Source: Mizuhopecten yessoensis
Lineage: Eukaryota
Assembly: GCF_002113885.1 (NCBI RefSeq)
Contig: NW_018408729.1
Coordinates: forward strand, 233,213-297,212
Reading direction: 5' to 3'
DNA: 64,000 nt
Shown: positions 50,424 through 62,882 of the stretch, piece by piece
Position numbering within the stretch: position 1 is the stretch's first letter
Layout of the letters: the number at the start of each line of letters is the position of its first letter
Notes under the pieces: generated by a model
The model's database searches: none
Seen by the model: the letters and a program-made list of their open reading frames with translations, nothing else
What the model was told of the DNA's origin: nothing
Made by a program: the position numbers and the translations under genes

Positions 50424-50757
50424 CAATCTGATTAAAATCATCTGTTACATGGCTCCGCCTGAACATCTGAATGTGCCACTGTTAGGGTCACGTTCAAGTG
50501 ACCTTTAGATGAACCAATCAGAGGCGCGCTGGCAACAGTGTGCCAGCGAATCGGAATATCATTCTCATCAATGTCCGCCATATTTGTTACAACTCCAAGT
50601 GCCCTTTTGAAAGAAGGTCTCTGATTGGGGTCAAAATTTAATGAATATTTATAAATATAAAGGTCACCTGAACGTGACCCTGACCGCGGCACACTCAGAT
50701 GTTCAGGTGTAGTGCAAAGTTAACAAAGCCATGTAACATATGATTTTACTCAGATTG
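50424..50757. mobile_element. 334-bp foldback MITE with long TIRs and a 9-bp TSD
   Basis: CAATCTGATTAAAATCATCTGTTACATGGCT / AGCCATGTAACATATGATTTTACTCAGATTG; pairing extends ~85 bp; flanks tattacaaa/taatacaaa. Confidence 0.8.
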
Positions 50758-51076
50758 TAATACAAACAGACATTATTATTCTTCATCAAATGAAGCTGTA
50801 AACACCTGGAGACTTATTTTATCATCATACATTATTTGGGTTCGTTAACTGTCATTCATGTGTATTTTGATTATTTAATAAACCAAAACTGATAGAAATC
50901 TTCAAAAGATTGGAATTTTGTTTTTCTTGTGACGATTTATAATTGCATGGTAACAGAGTTGTTGGGGACAATGTTATGTTCCTGGTAGGGCTTTTCAACA
51001 TGCTGAGTAATTTATAAATCTAAACAAGTAGATCGGGTGATCTTGATTGGCTATGTAGTCACAATTTTTACTACAG

Positions 51077-51199
51077 CTGAAGGACTCAGCACGACCATCA
51101 TCATCGTCATCATCGTCATTGTCGTCGTTGTCATCGTTGTCGTAGCCGTCGTTGCCTTTATTTGTCTCAAACGTAGAAACGCCAACAAGAGTATCGAAG
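51077..51199 (+). CDS. Ig receptor exon 6 (transmembrane segment)
   Basis: EGLSTT-IIIVIIVIVVVVIVVVAVVAFICL-KRR with a basic stop-transfer; 123 nt, phase 1-1. Confidence 0.92.
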
Positions 51200-51704
51200 G
51201 TAAGGTCAGCCCGGAGGAAGCGTCTTAAAATTGCCTACCTAATAGGTTACGATGAATAAAAATATATATTTATCACCTATGATATGGTGATATAAATAGA
51301 CTAGATCTGTTATCTGTCAAACCTGTGCATGTTACACGATAAATAGAATCTGTCACTCCAGTGAAGGGTAAGACACTGACCAGTGTTTGTAGGTAGTCCA
51401 CTGTAGTTGAAGAGATCATTTTGCTAGTCCTGCATCCTAGAAACTAGTGAGAGATTTCCTTAAGGAAACATCTCAGCATATACAGGAAAAGTGATTAACT
51501 ATATGAAGCTTAAGGAAAAAATTGTCAATTGTTATGTAACGAAGTTTATCTGTATTTTGAGCAGTTTTCATAATAGGACAATTCTTACTTTATAATTTAA
51601 AAAAAAAGAGTTAAAATAAGAGAGAGAGAAAAAACGGGTCTTTCACAAGAGATAACAATGCAATGAACACGCTTTTAATGATTGTAATCCTTGTTTATTT
51701 TCAG

Positions 51705-51726
51705 AACCTCCAGAGAAGCCAAGAAA
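51705..51726 (+). CDS. Ig receptor exon 7 (22-nt micro-exon, EPPEKPRN)
   Basis: ttttcag acceptor and gtaagt donor; phase 1-2, required to put exon 8 in frame. Confidence 0.82.
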
Positions 51727-52077
51727 GTAAGTTGATATCTAGATAAAGGGGGATAACCCATTATGTTCTAATGACATGATTTGAGTATAAGATCAAGGGA
51801 GGTCACTCTTTTATGTTAGATGCCAGTATGATCTATTACTGTATGTTTGAAGTATTTTGAAAGTTGTTAGTTTTACTGACGTGAATAAAGGGTATACTTG
51901 TTTTGTCAAATTTGGCAGGCCATGATTAAACTGAATTCCTATGCTATTCCACTATATAAATCTCCTTGTATAGATGTTCCACAGAATATGTGTTCCTCTG
52001 TTAGGTCGGTCCTGTGTGTATTTATTATTTGTTTCCACTAAGCTGTACTTATGTTTGTGTCGTCTTTGTTTCCATAG

Positions 52078-52162
52078 TAACTCAGACCTGAGCTTTGTGA
52101 ACAAGCCTCCAGATGTGATCCGTAACGACGAGAAACGAGGAAATAACATGGGTTACAATAAT
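52078..52162 (+). CDS. Ig receptor exon 8 (cytoplasmic)
   Basis: Encodes NSDLSFVNKPPDVIRNDEKRGNNMGYNN; catag acceptor and gtgagt donor; phase 2-0. Confidence 0.85.
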
Positions 52163-52380
52163 GTGAGTATAGTTACAGCAACTGTCATGGAAACTGTGAA
52201 GCTGATCATCTGAACAGAAATTTTACTGGAATTGTTCTGATCAGTTATCAGTGAAACAAGTTTGAATAAAAACATAGCTACAACTACAAAAGTTTGGTTA
52301 AAAATATTTCAGGAAGAGTCTTACAGTAACTTTGACAAGTCTTAATAAACTGCTTCGGTAACTATTACCACTGTAAAAAT

Positions 52381-52930
52381 ATGTTTGTTACCATAACAAC
52401 TGTTAATGGAAATGTTTCTGTTACCATAGCGACTATTAATGGAAATGTTTCTGTTACCATAACGACTATTAATGGAAATGTTTCTGTTACCATAACAACT
52501 GTTAATGGAAATGTTTCTGTTACCATAACAACTGTTAATGGAAATGTTTCTGTTACCATAACAACTGTTAATGGAAATGTTTCTGTTACCATAACAACTG
52601 TTAATGGAAATGTTTCTGTTACCATAACAACTGTTAATGGAAATGTTTCTGTTACCATAACAACTGTTAATGGAAATGTTTCTGTTACCATAACAACTGT
52701 TAATGGAAATGTTTCTGTTACCATAACAACTGTTAATGGAAATGTTTCTGTTACCATAACAACTGTTAATGGAAATGTTTCTGTTACCATAACAACTGTT
52801 AATGGAAATGTTTCTGTTACCATAACAACTGTTAATGGAAATGTTTCTGTTACCATAACAACTGTTAATGGAAATGTTTCTGTTACCATAACAACTGTTA
52901 ATGGAAATGTTTCCGTTACCATTACAACTG
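52381..52930. repeat. Highly homogeneous 33-bp intronic minisatellite, ~16.5 copies
   Basis: Unit aatgtttctgttaccataacaactgttaatgga. Confidence 0.97.
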
Positions 52931-53047
52931 TCCTAGTCCTAGTATATGTTACTTGCTGTATGACTGATAATTAACCACACCTGTATGAGGACTTCAAAAA
53001 TAAATCTGGTTATTGAGTAACATGTGAGTGTATCTTCTAATTTCCAG

Positions 53048-53185
53048 TTTGACAAACCGAAGGGTGAACTACAGTATGCAGACCTTACGTTTGAAGACAA
53101 ACCGCGGAGTCGGCGTCCCATACAGATTCTTGACACTGACCTTGGACCAACGACCTACTCTGAGGTCACGATGCCAAGTGTGTGA
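53048..53185 (+). CDS. Ig receptor exon 9 (ITIM + ITSM, stop codon)
   Basis: Encodes FDKPKGELQYADLTFEDKPRSRRPIQILDTDLGPTTYSEVTMPSV*; ttccag acceptor, phase 0. Summed CDS is 1569 nt, 522 aa. Confidence 0.9.
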   Translation, partial: FDKPKGELQYADLTFEDKPRSRRPIQILDTDLGPTTYSEVTMPSV

Positions 53186-53778
53186 CCTTTGACCTAGAGA
53201 GACCAGGATATTTGTGCCAATGACATCCCAGGAGTACCATAGTGCTAATCTGTGATGTCACAAATTTCTAATTAAGGCAACTACAATCTTTGCATTACAA
53301 AGGTCATGACCTTAACTTAGCAGGTTGCCATCCAAGTGTGGGAAATCGTTTTAGGGGTGGAGAACACGTTTCATGTATTGAAATCTCTTAACAAGGACGT
53401 TTGAAATGCCGTAGAAGATTTCAATATTTTATCGTGTTTGTAACTTCAGTCATGGACTTGCTTGTTGCCTTGTAAAGGAGCAGTCATTTCTCACAAAGTT
53501 GAAACTAGGGAGCATTCATTTAAGGTGAAGAACGACCTGTGACCTTTATACCCACCAGCTTCAAACTTTATCTGTCTTTATCATTGCAGTCATTGTCACC
53601 GATGGATGCCATATATATCTCCATTCTTTGATCATTCAGCGTGACATATATTCCACGCCTAAACTGATTTATTGTCAGGTGCCCGGAGTGTCTGATCCAT
53701 GAAATATTGGTAGTTTTTGCAGCAGAATGGAATATTGGTGCAGTAAACATTAAGACGCTGTATGTTATAGACCTGATA

Positions 53779-54503
53779 TACTGTACACCGGGAAATTGTT
53801 CACTGCAGGTTTTTTTCGCCCTGTAGATTGAGGGCGAATATTATTAGTTTTCTCTGGGTTAGGAGGGGTCTATGGGCTCATTGACCCCGTCTGGTCTATA
53901 AAGATCAAAGGGGTCTGTGAGCCAGTAGACCCCTTCTTCTTTAACCCTGAGATAACGAATTAGTCACCCTGACAATCTTTTATTATTTTTTTTCAAAATT
54001 ATAAGTCACTTTGTGAGTTTGAGTTGTACTTGACTGCTATCAAAATACAGTAGCCCCTACCGGACATCTTTTCGGCAATATTTCGTACAATACACAACCA
54101 TCTTTGTAATTAGCACCCTAGCAGCCCCTCATAGCTTGTTTCAGTGAATTGCTGTCGTTTTAGATTGCTTGTAGGCTGTTTCATCCTGTAAATGATTGGC
54201 AAACCTCAAACAATTGTGTTTATCAGACGCCATCTTTGTTGTTATGAAGAGAGATTTTCTGTTCAAGTTATCTCCCGTCGCACATGCTTATGTAGACCCT
54301 GGTAGAGTGGGTCTATATTTCAGGCAAAATATCCAATCAGAAAGAGTGTTACAAATTAGAAGGATGACAAATCATTATAGCGAAAATTAGTCAACAATAT
54401 CATTCTCATAGTCATTAGATATGAAAGGTGGAGTTAACATTTGGCGAATTCAAAGGTGAAGGGCGAAAGTTTGATGCTGCGAAACATTTCCTGGTATACA
54501 GTA
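53779..54503. mobile_element. Tc1/mariner-like MITE (TACTGTA ends), apparently interrupted by a nested insertion (~53845-54388)
   Basis: tactgtacaccgggaaattgtt / gaaacatttcctggtatacagta inverted ends; a related uninterrupted copy starts at ~43205. Confidence 0.5.
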
Positions 54504-56218
54504 TTCGGATTATATCACAAAGCTTATGATGAAGACTACATCAGAGTCTTGTTTCAATATTTTTTTTGTGAAATACACATTAAAGATATCGTTATTGCCA
54601 GATTATTTTGGCCTAACTGTGACTCATTTATTATCCCGTATCATTTTTCACACATGGAAACATTGTATTATATAAAACATTCATTCCAATGATAAAATCA
54701 ACACATGTATGATGAAATTCCTTAGGCCAAAATAGGGTTTTTTTCGTTTCCGGTAACCCTACCCTACAAACCATAGTTTTTAGTGCCTACCCTAAACTTT
54801 TCTTGGCAATTTTCAAGGAAGAACTATTAAAGTCAAAATCATATCAACTGAATAAAAATATTGAAAAATATCATTTTAAACCTACCAACCCCAATTTGTT
54901 TTCAGATCAGATGTGTAACGGGGAAACAAACATGTTTTTTTTAGTTTGGACTTACTGCAGTTAAATTCACCTTGCCTATTATTACCAGATGGGGACAAAA
55001 ATGTTTTATCAAACCAATGTCAATGATCATATTCATACCTAAGCAAATTTAGACTCGCAGATTATTACATGTACTTACTGTTATTATACCATACATATCT
55101 TAGCGGAAGTCTTATTCTAGCATTTTTCACGTTTCAAATATTGCTCTAGTTAATATTTCTTCTACTCTTTACATTGTGAATGTGTTATCATCAGTACGCT
55201 AATCCAATGAAACTTGGAAGATACACTTAAACTTGAAATCGCTAAAATAAATAAATTTACAGTAGTTTTCTTATGTCGCCCTGTGTAAGCATACCGGTAT
55301 TTTTAACAGAGCATTTTCATTTCATCAGATGCACATCAACTGCGCAATAGGTAACAACATAGTGATACAACAATGACAAAACAATCACGTGATCATTGAG
55401 ACAACGGAGGCAGTAGGATTCGGATTATCTTGACAACTTTCTAGATATTGAGGAAGTTGCTACTTTTGGGTGACATGTTCAGTTGGACTGTCCTTGAATT
55501 TGCATTTATTTTTTATTTTTTTACGAAAACCTGTAAAACTCGAGGTTTAGTGTCCCCCCTGGACAGTTATAGGACTGAAAGACATGTAGGCATTAATAAT
55601 CCAGAAATAAATCATTTCTGTTTTTCTCGCCCTTAAAAATCGGGACCAGTTGTATGTGGATGTTTATTTCAAATCATGTGATTCTTCATTGATAATCAAA
55701 AGAGTGTTGCTTTCTTTTCCAAAAGGAACTGTCCCATGCTATTACTCTGGGAGAGTTCATTAAGAGTATATTAAATCGGATTTTTTTGCAATATGGAAAT
55801 GTTTTTCACATTGAGTAATGTTAGTGCGAAGATATCCGCATAAAAATATTGACTCATAGCGTGAATAAGAAAATATCCACAGTGTGATAAGTTTAAAAAG
55901 TCACAAGGTGAACATTCCAACATGTAATAATTTCTATGTTGTGTTGTCGTGTGTTGAACTTTCAGCTTTGAGCATTGTTCCCTGTGTTGGCCTGTGTCAA
56001 AGATGTTATAATTCTAGATGTTTTCAACTTATCATGGAACAAAGTGTTATTCCAAGAATTTAATATATTTTTCTAATCTTAAAAATGTTTAATTACATTA
56101 CATTGTTATTTCATTTTAATTGAAAACAGGAGGTGTTCATTATACTGTTATTATTACTAGTATCTAGATGTTTTGCTGTATGTGTCTGTCAGTGCTACAA
56201 AATGTATTGTTTTATGTA

Positions 56219-56470
56219 CCGTATCTATTCCACTACAAATAAGCTCCTCTCTACTACCGTAAATGTCCAAGGAACAGGGTGGGCGCTCACATTTTAGCCC
56301 CTTCTGCTTTACAGGAAATGTCAAGTCATGCTTTGTGGTCAAAAGAGGGAATGTCCAAGATGGTGGCCATATTGAATGATTGTAAATGGGGGACTGCTTG
56401 CAAGTAAGCGCCCTGCCAAATTCTGGTTGATTTGTTACAAGGGGAGGGGCTTATTTGTGATTAAATACGG
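56219..56470. mobile_element. pogo/Tc1-mariner-like MITE with a TA TSD
   Basis: TA|CCGTAT...CAAATAAGC pairs with GCTTATTTG...ATACGG|TA. Confidence 0.6.
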
Positions 56471-59400
56471 TACACAATAAAAACTTCCATACCTCATGAT
56501 CTGACTTTTCTCATCCGATGAAAAGTACTTGTAAGAGGTCAAAATCTCGCTACAGAACCCTGGAATTAAGACTTTCTTCATTCTGAAAACTGAAAAAGTC
56601 ACAAGTTTGGTTTCTGTAGTACAGAGAGGTATTTTTTTCTAAAAATGTTCACAAATAAAAATGATTTGCTGCAGGTATTGCAGCACTGGTACTTTGTCCG
56701 TTTTCTTGTTGGGACATAAAATCATGTTTTTTTCTCAGTAAACTCACTGACCTTAAGATCAAGTTGTTGATACTGTGAACCAGTTGTCTTGATTTCTATA
56801 TATTGCTGTCAAATAAACAAACTTATATGAAAACAATACAACAACTTATACACTTTCTCATAAGAACTGTAGCTTATTGTAAAGTTGGTATAGGGAATGA
56901 TTTATAACTGTACACAAATCGCATGATTTTTCCGGTGATGTCGGCAAAGCTACTTTAAATTGAAAAAGTGTTAAAATTTTCATAATATAAGCAATTCATG
57001 GTCATTATTTTACCTTTGTTATTTATTTTACAAAACATGTCATTTCTTTCTTGCGATTTTTAAAGTCTGGAAAGCAGGCAAGGGAGGTAACTGTGAAATG
57101 TCACCAGTTAGATCAGATCACGAGTATATTTGTAGATTTACCATTCATATGATACAGCATCATGTAGTTATTCTAAAACATCATGTTATTTGTTTTAAAT
57201 TTTCTGGTTAAAGTTTTTCTCATTTACATGTTAGGATACAAAAAGCGAATATTTTTGAAAAATCATGGTTAAATGTTTTCAGAATTATTTTCTTACTTGT
57301 TGATAGTTTTGATAGCAGTGGGTTCATTACCAGGACAACTTGTCCTTATTACATCAAGCTGTACTTAAAATCAATAAACATATCACTGTCTTGTCTGTAT
57401 GGCTAATTAGCATTTCAGGGACCATCTAAAACAATTTAGTAAATTGTTTAAGGGATGAAAATACCAGATGTCATCCATTTTATAATTTCTTTGAGGTTTA
57501 AAATTTTGTAAACGTTTATTATTTAGAATTTCTTCTTCTTGATCATTATTTTGATAATTAGTTATCAGTTATGTAAGTTGAATGTTAACATGTAGCACAA
57601 CCTTATCCTGTTGTGACCACACAGGGAAGGAATTGTCTACATCGGTCAGGCCGCTGCTGTACCACTCCTATGCTTTTCTGGAGGAAGTTACAAAGAGGAG
57701 GGTGTATATGTTATATCAATTTTTGGTGTATATATCTTTTTAAATTGTAATGAACTGGTTTTGCTTGTTCTTTTTCATTCTTGGAAAATTCAATATGAAT
57801 GTATTCATAGTACGATTGTGTGAATTTATGTGGTCTTAAAAATAATTCAAAACAAAAAGATAAAATTAAAACTGTACATCAGCAAACAGCAGCACAAAAT
57901 GAAAAGTAACATTTTTTTTCTATATAAAGATTAAGATGTAGAAAGAAATCAACTTGAGCATGACATTGAGATATTTATACACACAAACTGGTGCATATTC
58001 AACACGACACAATGAAGATTTTTAGTGAGGGAGGTTGTATTGTTTATTGATAGAATTGCTCCCTTAAAGTCACACGATTATCTCCCTTTGATATTCGAGT
58101 TATCTCCCTTATCTGGGAAGTTTCAATTATTCTTACCGAAATATCACACTAACAGTATATACGTAGTATTTATCACTGAATGTATTCTAGTGTGTTAGGA
58201 CCAACTTTAGTAGCACCACTTGCTGTATTAACAGACAATTCCTTGTGTCCTTGTTACAGTAGTGTAAGTGAATAGAAACGTTCTCAAAATTATTAAAATT
58301 GAATTTGAGTCTTGAAGCACAAATCTCCCTTTAATACTAGAGTTATCTCCCTTAGACCTCTTTGTAATCAACATTGTACGACTACTATGTCAGTTTATCG
58401 AATGTTAATCCTATCTTACTGCACATGTTTTTATACACAATTTGTAATTCAGAATCAAGAGCCTAATAGGAAAATGCTGACGTTTACTATTTACCTGTAT
58501 TTCTGAACTTAAATGGTCAGGTACATGTTCAAACTGTAGGTGTATAATAGTATAGCCTGTGGCCATCATGTATCCGTGTGTAGCCGTGACATACACGTTT
58601 AAGGAGGGGATGTCAACTCCTCCATCATTAGTTTAGGATTTTAACTGTTATAACCTTGTCCTAACCTATTTAACAAGGAACTGGTTGAAATATGGCTATT
58701 TTTGTATATCACAGATATTTTTTACAGTTGTACATAAATATATATACATGTATTATTGATAACAAGATCCAACCGTGTACAAATATGATGAATTCCATTA
58801 GTACATAATAAATTTGTACATATATTCAAGATTAAAATCAGTCTTGTGGGTTCTGTTTAAAAGTTTGTCTCCTCCCTAATGCAGCTGAGCTATAGATATT
58901 TGGTTGTGTGTTTCCGGTGTGTTGCTATTGTTTGCCTCTCGGTGTGTCGCGAAAAACTACACCTTTATGGAGGATAATCACTATCATATTTATCACACAC
59001 CAAAATGCAATCTCCGTCAACACTTGGACGAGTAAGTGTTGAAATTATTTAGAAAAACAAGTGTTATTTTATGATTGGTCCTTAGTTGTGCTCATTTGAG
59101 TTTGAGTCTTATCCAGAAAACCATACTTTCTCGGTCTCCCAACCTTTACGGATAGGCCCTCCATTTAAATCATTCGATACTTAATATTTTTTGAAGTGCA
59201 ATACTATTCAACATGATGTTAAAATTAAGGAGTACTCTGTTAAATTTTGTTATACATCATGTTAATAATTTAATCCATAATGTGATATTTTTTTTAATAA
59301 TTTCAGATTAAATGGCTGTAATTATAAGAAAATATGCTGAAAATTTCCACCCGAACATTTTGAATTCTTCTCAAGAGAGAAAAATCAGATTTTGTCTCAT

Positions 59401-59561
59401 TTTCTTGACACAGGAATTGTGAAGGGCTTAGTCTAAGTTTGTGCCTTCAATCTAAAGAAAAATAATAAAAATCCAAATCAAAAGTAGCCTCAGTGATGCA
59501 ATATATTGCTAATTATTTTTCCTGGGTTTACATTCACCGTAATTCATGTTTTATGGAACAA

Positions 59562-60325
59562 AAACAAGAGGCCCAATGGGCCTGAATCGCTCACCTGGTA
59601 TTAATCTCACACTTGTAATCTTAAAAGTGGACTTAAATACAACTCCAGACAGAATATCAGGGTTTGATTCATAAGAACCTTTTAAAAGATTTAAACATAT
59701 GACGCCTGTGACCTTGAATGTAGAATAAGGACACTAGGTTGAACAGAGTTTATAGTCTTCCAACCCAGCATGCTTCTAGCAAAATATCATTACCCTGGAC
59801 CTTTTGGTTATACAGAAAAAATAATTTAAAGATTTAAACATATATTGACCACTGTGAATATGGGCGGAGGTAATTCATCCTAGCATGTTACTGGTCAAAT
59901 ATCATCACCCTTGGCCTTTTGCTTACTCAGAAGAAGTCAGTCAAAGGTTTTAAACATATTAACCCCTGTGACCTTGAATATAAGTCAAGGTCATTTATTT
60001 GAACAAAATTGGAAGCCCTCCATCCCAGCATGTTACTGGCCAAATATCATCACCCGAGGCCTCTTGGTTATTCAGAAGATGTTGTTTAAAGGTTTTAAAC
60101 ATATTTGACCCATGTGACCTTGAATATAAGTTAAGGTCATTTATTTGAACAAACTTGGTAGCCCTTCATCCCAGCATGTTACTGGCCAAATTGAAGCACC
60201 CTATGTCTCTTGGTTATTCAGAAGAAGTTGTTTAAAGTAAAAAGTTTACGCTGGACGGTCGATGGACGCCGCACCATGCCATAAGCTCACCTGGCCCGAA
60301 GGCCCGAAGGCCAGGTGAGCTAAAA
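59562..60325 (-). mobile_element. Helentron-associated non-autonomous element (HINE, pearl/DTC84-like) with an internal ~146-bp satellite
   Basis: aacaagag...gctcacctg at one end and the gctcacctgg...ccaggtgagctaaaa palindrome at the other. Internal gtgaccttgaat units at 59708, 59968 and 60114. Inserted in A/T runs. Confidence 0.85.
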
Positions 60326-60943
60326 TCTATATATATATATTTTAAAAGATCACACATTTAAAATGCAAATGGCAGTAGAACACATTTGAAAGGAAAAGGG
60401 CGAATTTATAACGGTATTGACCAACCCTTCAAAATAGTCGGGAGCACATCACATCGCGCAACTTTGCCATTTCCGTGTCACCCAATGCTAATAAACGCGA
60501 CCCTCGAAGACATTCTGAACGGTTTGCTGTTCTAAAAACTGCATAACTGCGAATAACTTTTCTTAATCACTTGAAATTATAAAACGTCTAACCACGAAAG
60601 TACACAGATACGATATCTCGTTTCAAGTGATCTGAAAGGCCGAAAATCGGCACTTCGACATGGTGGTTCAAGGCGATGCTTAGATACTTTCTAATCAAGC
60701 ATATCGGACGTATTTGTGTTTGCTACGGTAAATGTACTTAAGGACTTCCAACCCTTCGTAATACACATGTTTTTCTTGCCGTATTTTCTTGCTGTCATTT
60801 TCGTATTGTGTACCGGGCATTCTATTACCGGGTAAACAATAGTACACGTGCGTGACGATGATATGTCAACATCCAATATCGATAAAACAATAACACTGCT
60901 GATGAGGTGATTGAAGTGTTGACGAAGTTTAAAACGGATTCTT

Positions 60944-61790
60944 ATGTGCAAACTTTCGAAAGGCAAACTACCAAACATTATCTTGTATTGCGAGGAGCAA
61001 CTTTCAGATATGAAAGGAAATTGTGTAGGAGAGGGAGGGAGTGTAATCGGCATAGACCGAACCTTTAATTTGGGTAAATGTTTTGTTACACCGATGTCTT
61101 ATAAAAATCAGGGTGTGGTTCAGAGGGAAACGGGAGATCATCCTATCATGCTAGGCCCGACTCTCTTGCATTGGGAAGGGGAAAAGCCTACATACAGCTT
61201 CTTTTTTGGTCACTGACAATGTTGTAATTGGCACAGATGAGAAAAAGGCAATGACTGCTGCTCTCCGTGAAACTGTCAACGGTTCCACATTTTTGCTCTG
61301 TACAAAGCAGCTGAAAGAAAATGTTGGTAGGTTTTTAGAAAAGTCTGGAACCCCACTTAAGACAAGGGAAGCGATAAACAGATTAATTTTCGGGGAAAAA
61401 GGGGTAGTGTATAGCAGAGACTCGCTTCAATATGATATGAGAGTTGACGATCTATCTTTACATTTCGAAAAATATCTTCAATTTAAGATCTATTAGCAGA
61501 AATATTTGGAACCAAATATGAAATCAAAAGTTATGGAACCAGTTAGCAGACCCCCGAATGGAAGCAACATAACCTGCCAACTCTCATGGACAAATTGGAC
61601 AAATTGATGCTAGTCTCTAAAATGCAATTGTTAGATATTAGAAGGGCATTACACGGCACGGGGAAATACAATCATCTCGAACAGTTAATTCGACTGTTGC
61701 TAACTTCAGCTGTCCAAAACCCAAAGAAGGTGGTGAAAAAACCCAAATCAGCGTAGACGTAGACGCACAGAACGAGCTCTAAAGCATAGC
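60944..61790 (+). pseudogene. Degenerate Mutator-like (MULE) transposase
   Basis: IGIDRTFNLGKCFVT..YKN...HPIMLGPTLLHW...VIGTDEKKAM...FLLCTKQLKEN contains two catalytic Asp motifs and a decayed CxxH motif. Frameshift at ~61210 and stop at 61494-96. Confidence 0.75.
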
Positions 61791-62882
61791 AAGAAATTGT
61801 AGTTTCCAGTGCTGTACACAATAGCGATACGTTAACAATTTATACATAGTTATAATATTTTACGGGTTTCCGATTAATTTTCTTCTCAATTAAGTATTAG
61901 TTTTGGTTAAATGATATCAATATAATTACTTGAAATGTCCATATATCCATTAAATCAGCATAAAACTTACATTGTTTATACAGTTATTTTTTGTCGTTTT
62001 CCCTCAAGTGTCCTATTCTGGGTACTGTCCTGTTTATGCAGAATGACGATATGTTACAGGTAAATGCATATTTGTTCATCACAGGCACCGGTAATCAGGG
62101 TTCAAGACGGACACGCTTAATAATACCTTATTAAAATTTAGGGTGGCGGGGGGTACTATTGTATTATGTTAAAATAGGTAGTTTTATTTACCAAACTTTT
62201 GGTGAACTTTAAAGCCAAATAAATAAATAATTGTTCCTTTTGTATGAATTATCAATATCATTGTTTTAAATAATNCCCGCTCATGTGATAACATAATACG
62301 TCCCCGTCTTCGACGGGCGTAATAAAAATACAAATAATAGAAAGGTGTATTAGTTTTGTACATTGTATAATAGATATGACATTTGTTTCTTCTCTTTATA
62401 TTTGTATCCCTTACTTTACTCTCCATTTAATATAATTTTAAAAAAGAAGAAATATCTAAAAGCTGTTAGTGCTACATATAATTCCCCAAAACACTTGCAT
62501 GAAAAAAATATATCACAGTTTCTGTTATGGTAAGAGAAAATGTTTAAATCAAATGTAGTGTTATTATTTCCTCTAAAACTGTATTTAATACTGCTGTCAG
62601 TAAATTTGATCAGAAATTAAAACAGCATTTTTATTTCGGCCCTTCTTCCTTAAAAACAACAAATCCGGATTTTCATTCCGCTTTCCGGTCTGTACTTGAC
62701 ACAATCCAAGATGGCGACCGTCACTAACTGAATACACACGCTATTTCAGCGTTTTAAATGCAATCATATGCGAGTAAATTAATATATAATAGCTATAGCA
62801 AGTGTTTGTTTTGTTAATCCTACACTAGTTACTTCAATTAATCACCTATTGACCATGCTAAACGGATTCCGTGTTAATTGCT

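Noticed and set aside
52365-52974. 185/197-aa repeat proteins (NGNVSVTITTV)n and (MVTETFPLTVV)n
   Set aside because: A stop-free 33-bp unit inside intron 8; no flanking splice sites identified and almost no variation between units to indicate coding constraint.
53183-53197. Stop-codon readthrough or a C-terminal PDZ ligand
   Set aside because: The context is TGA-CCT rather than TGA-CTA, with another stop four codons later; the terminal PSV lacks Ser/Thr at position -2.
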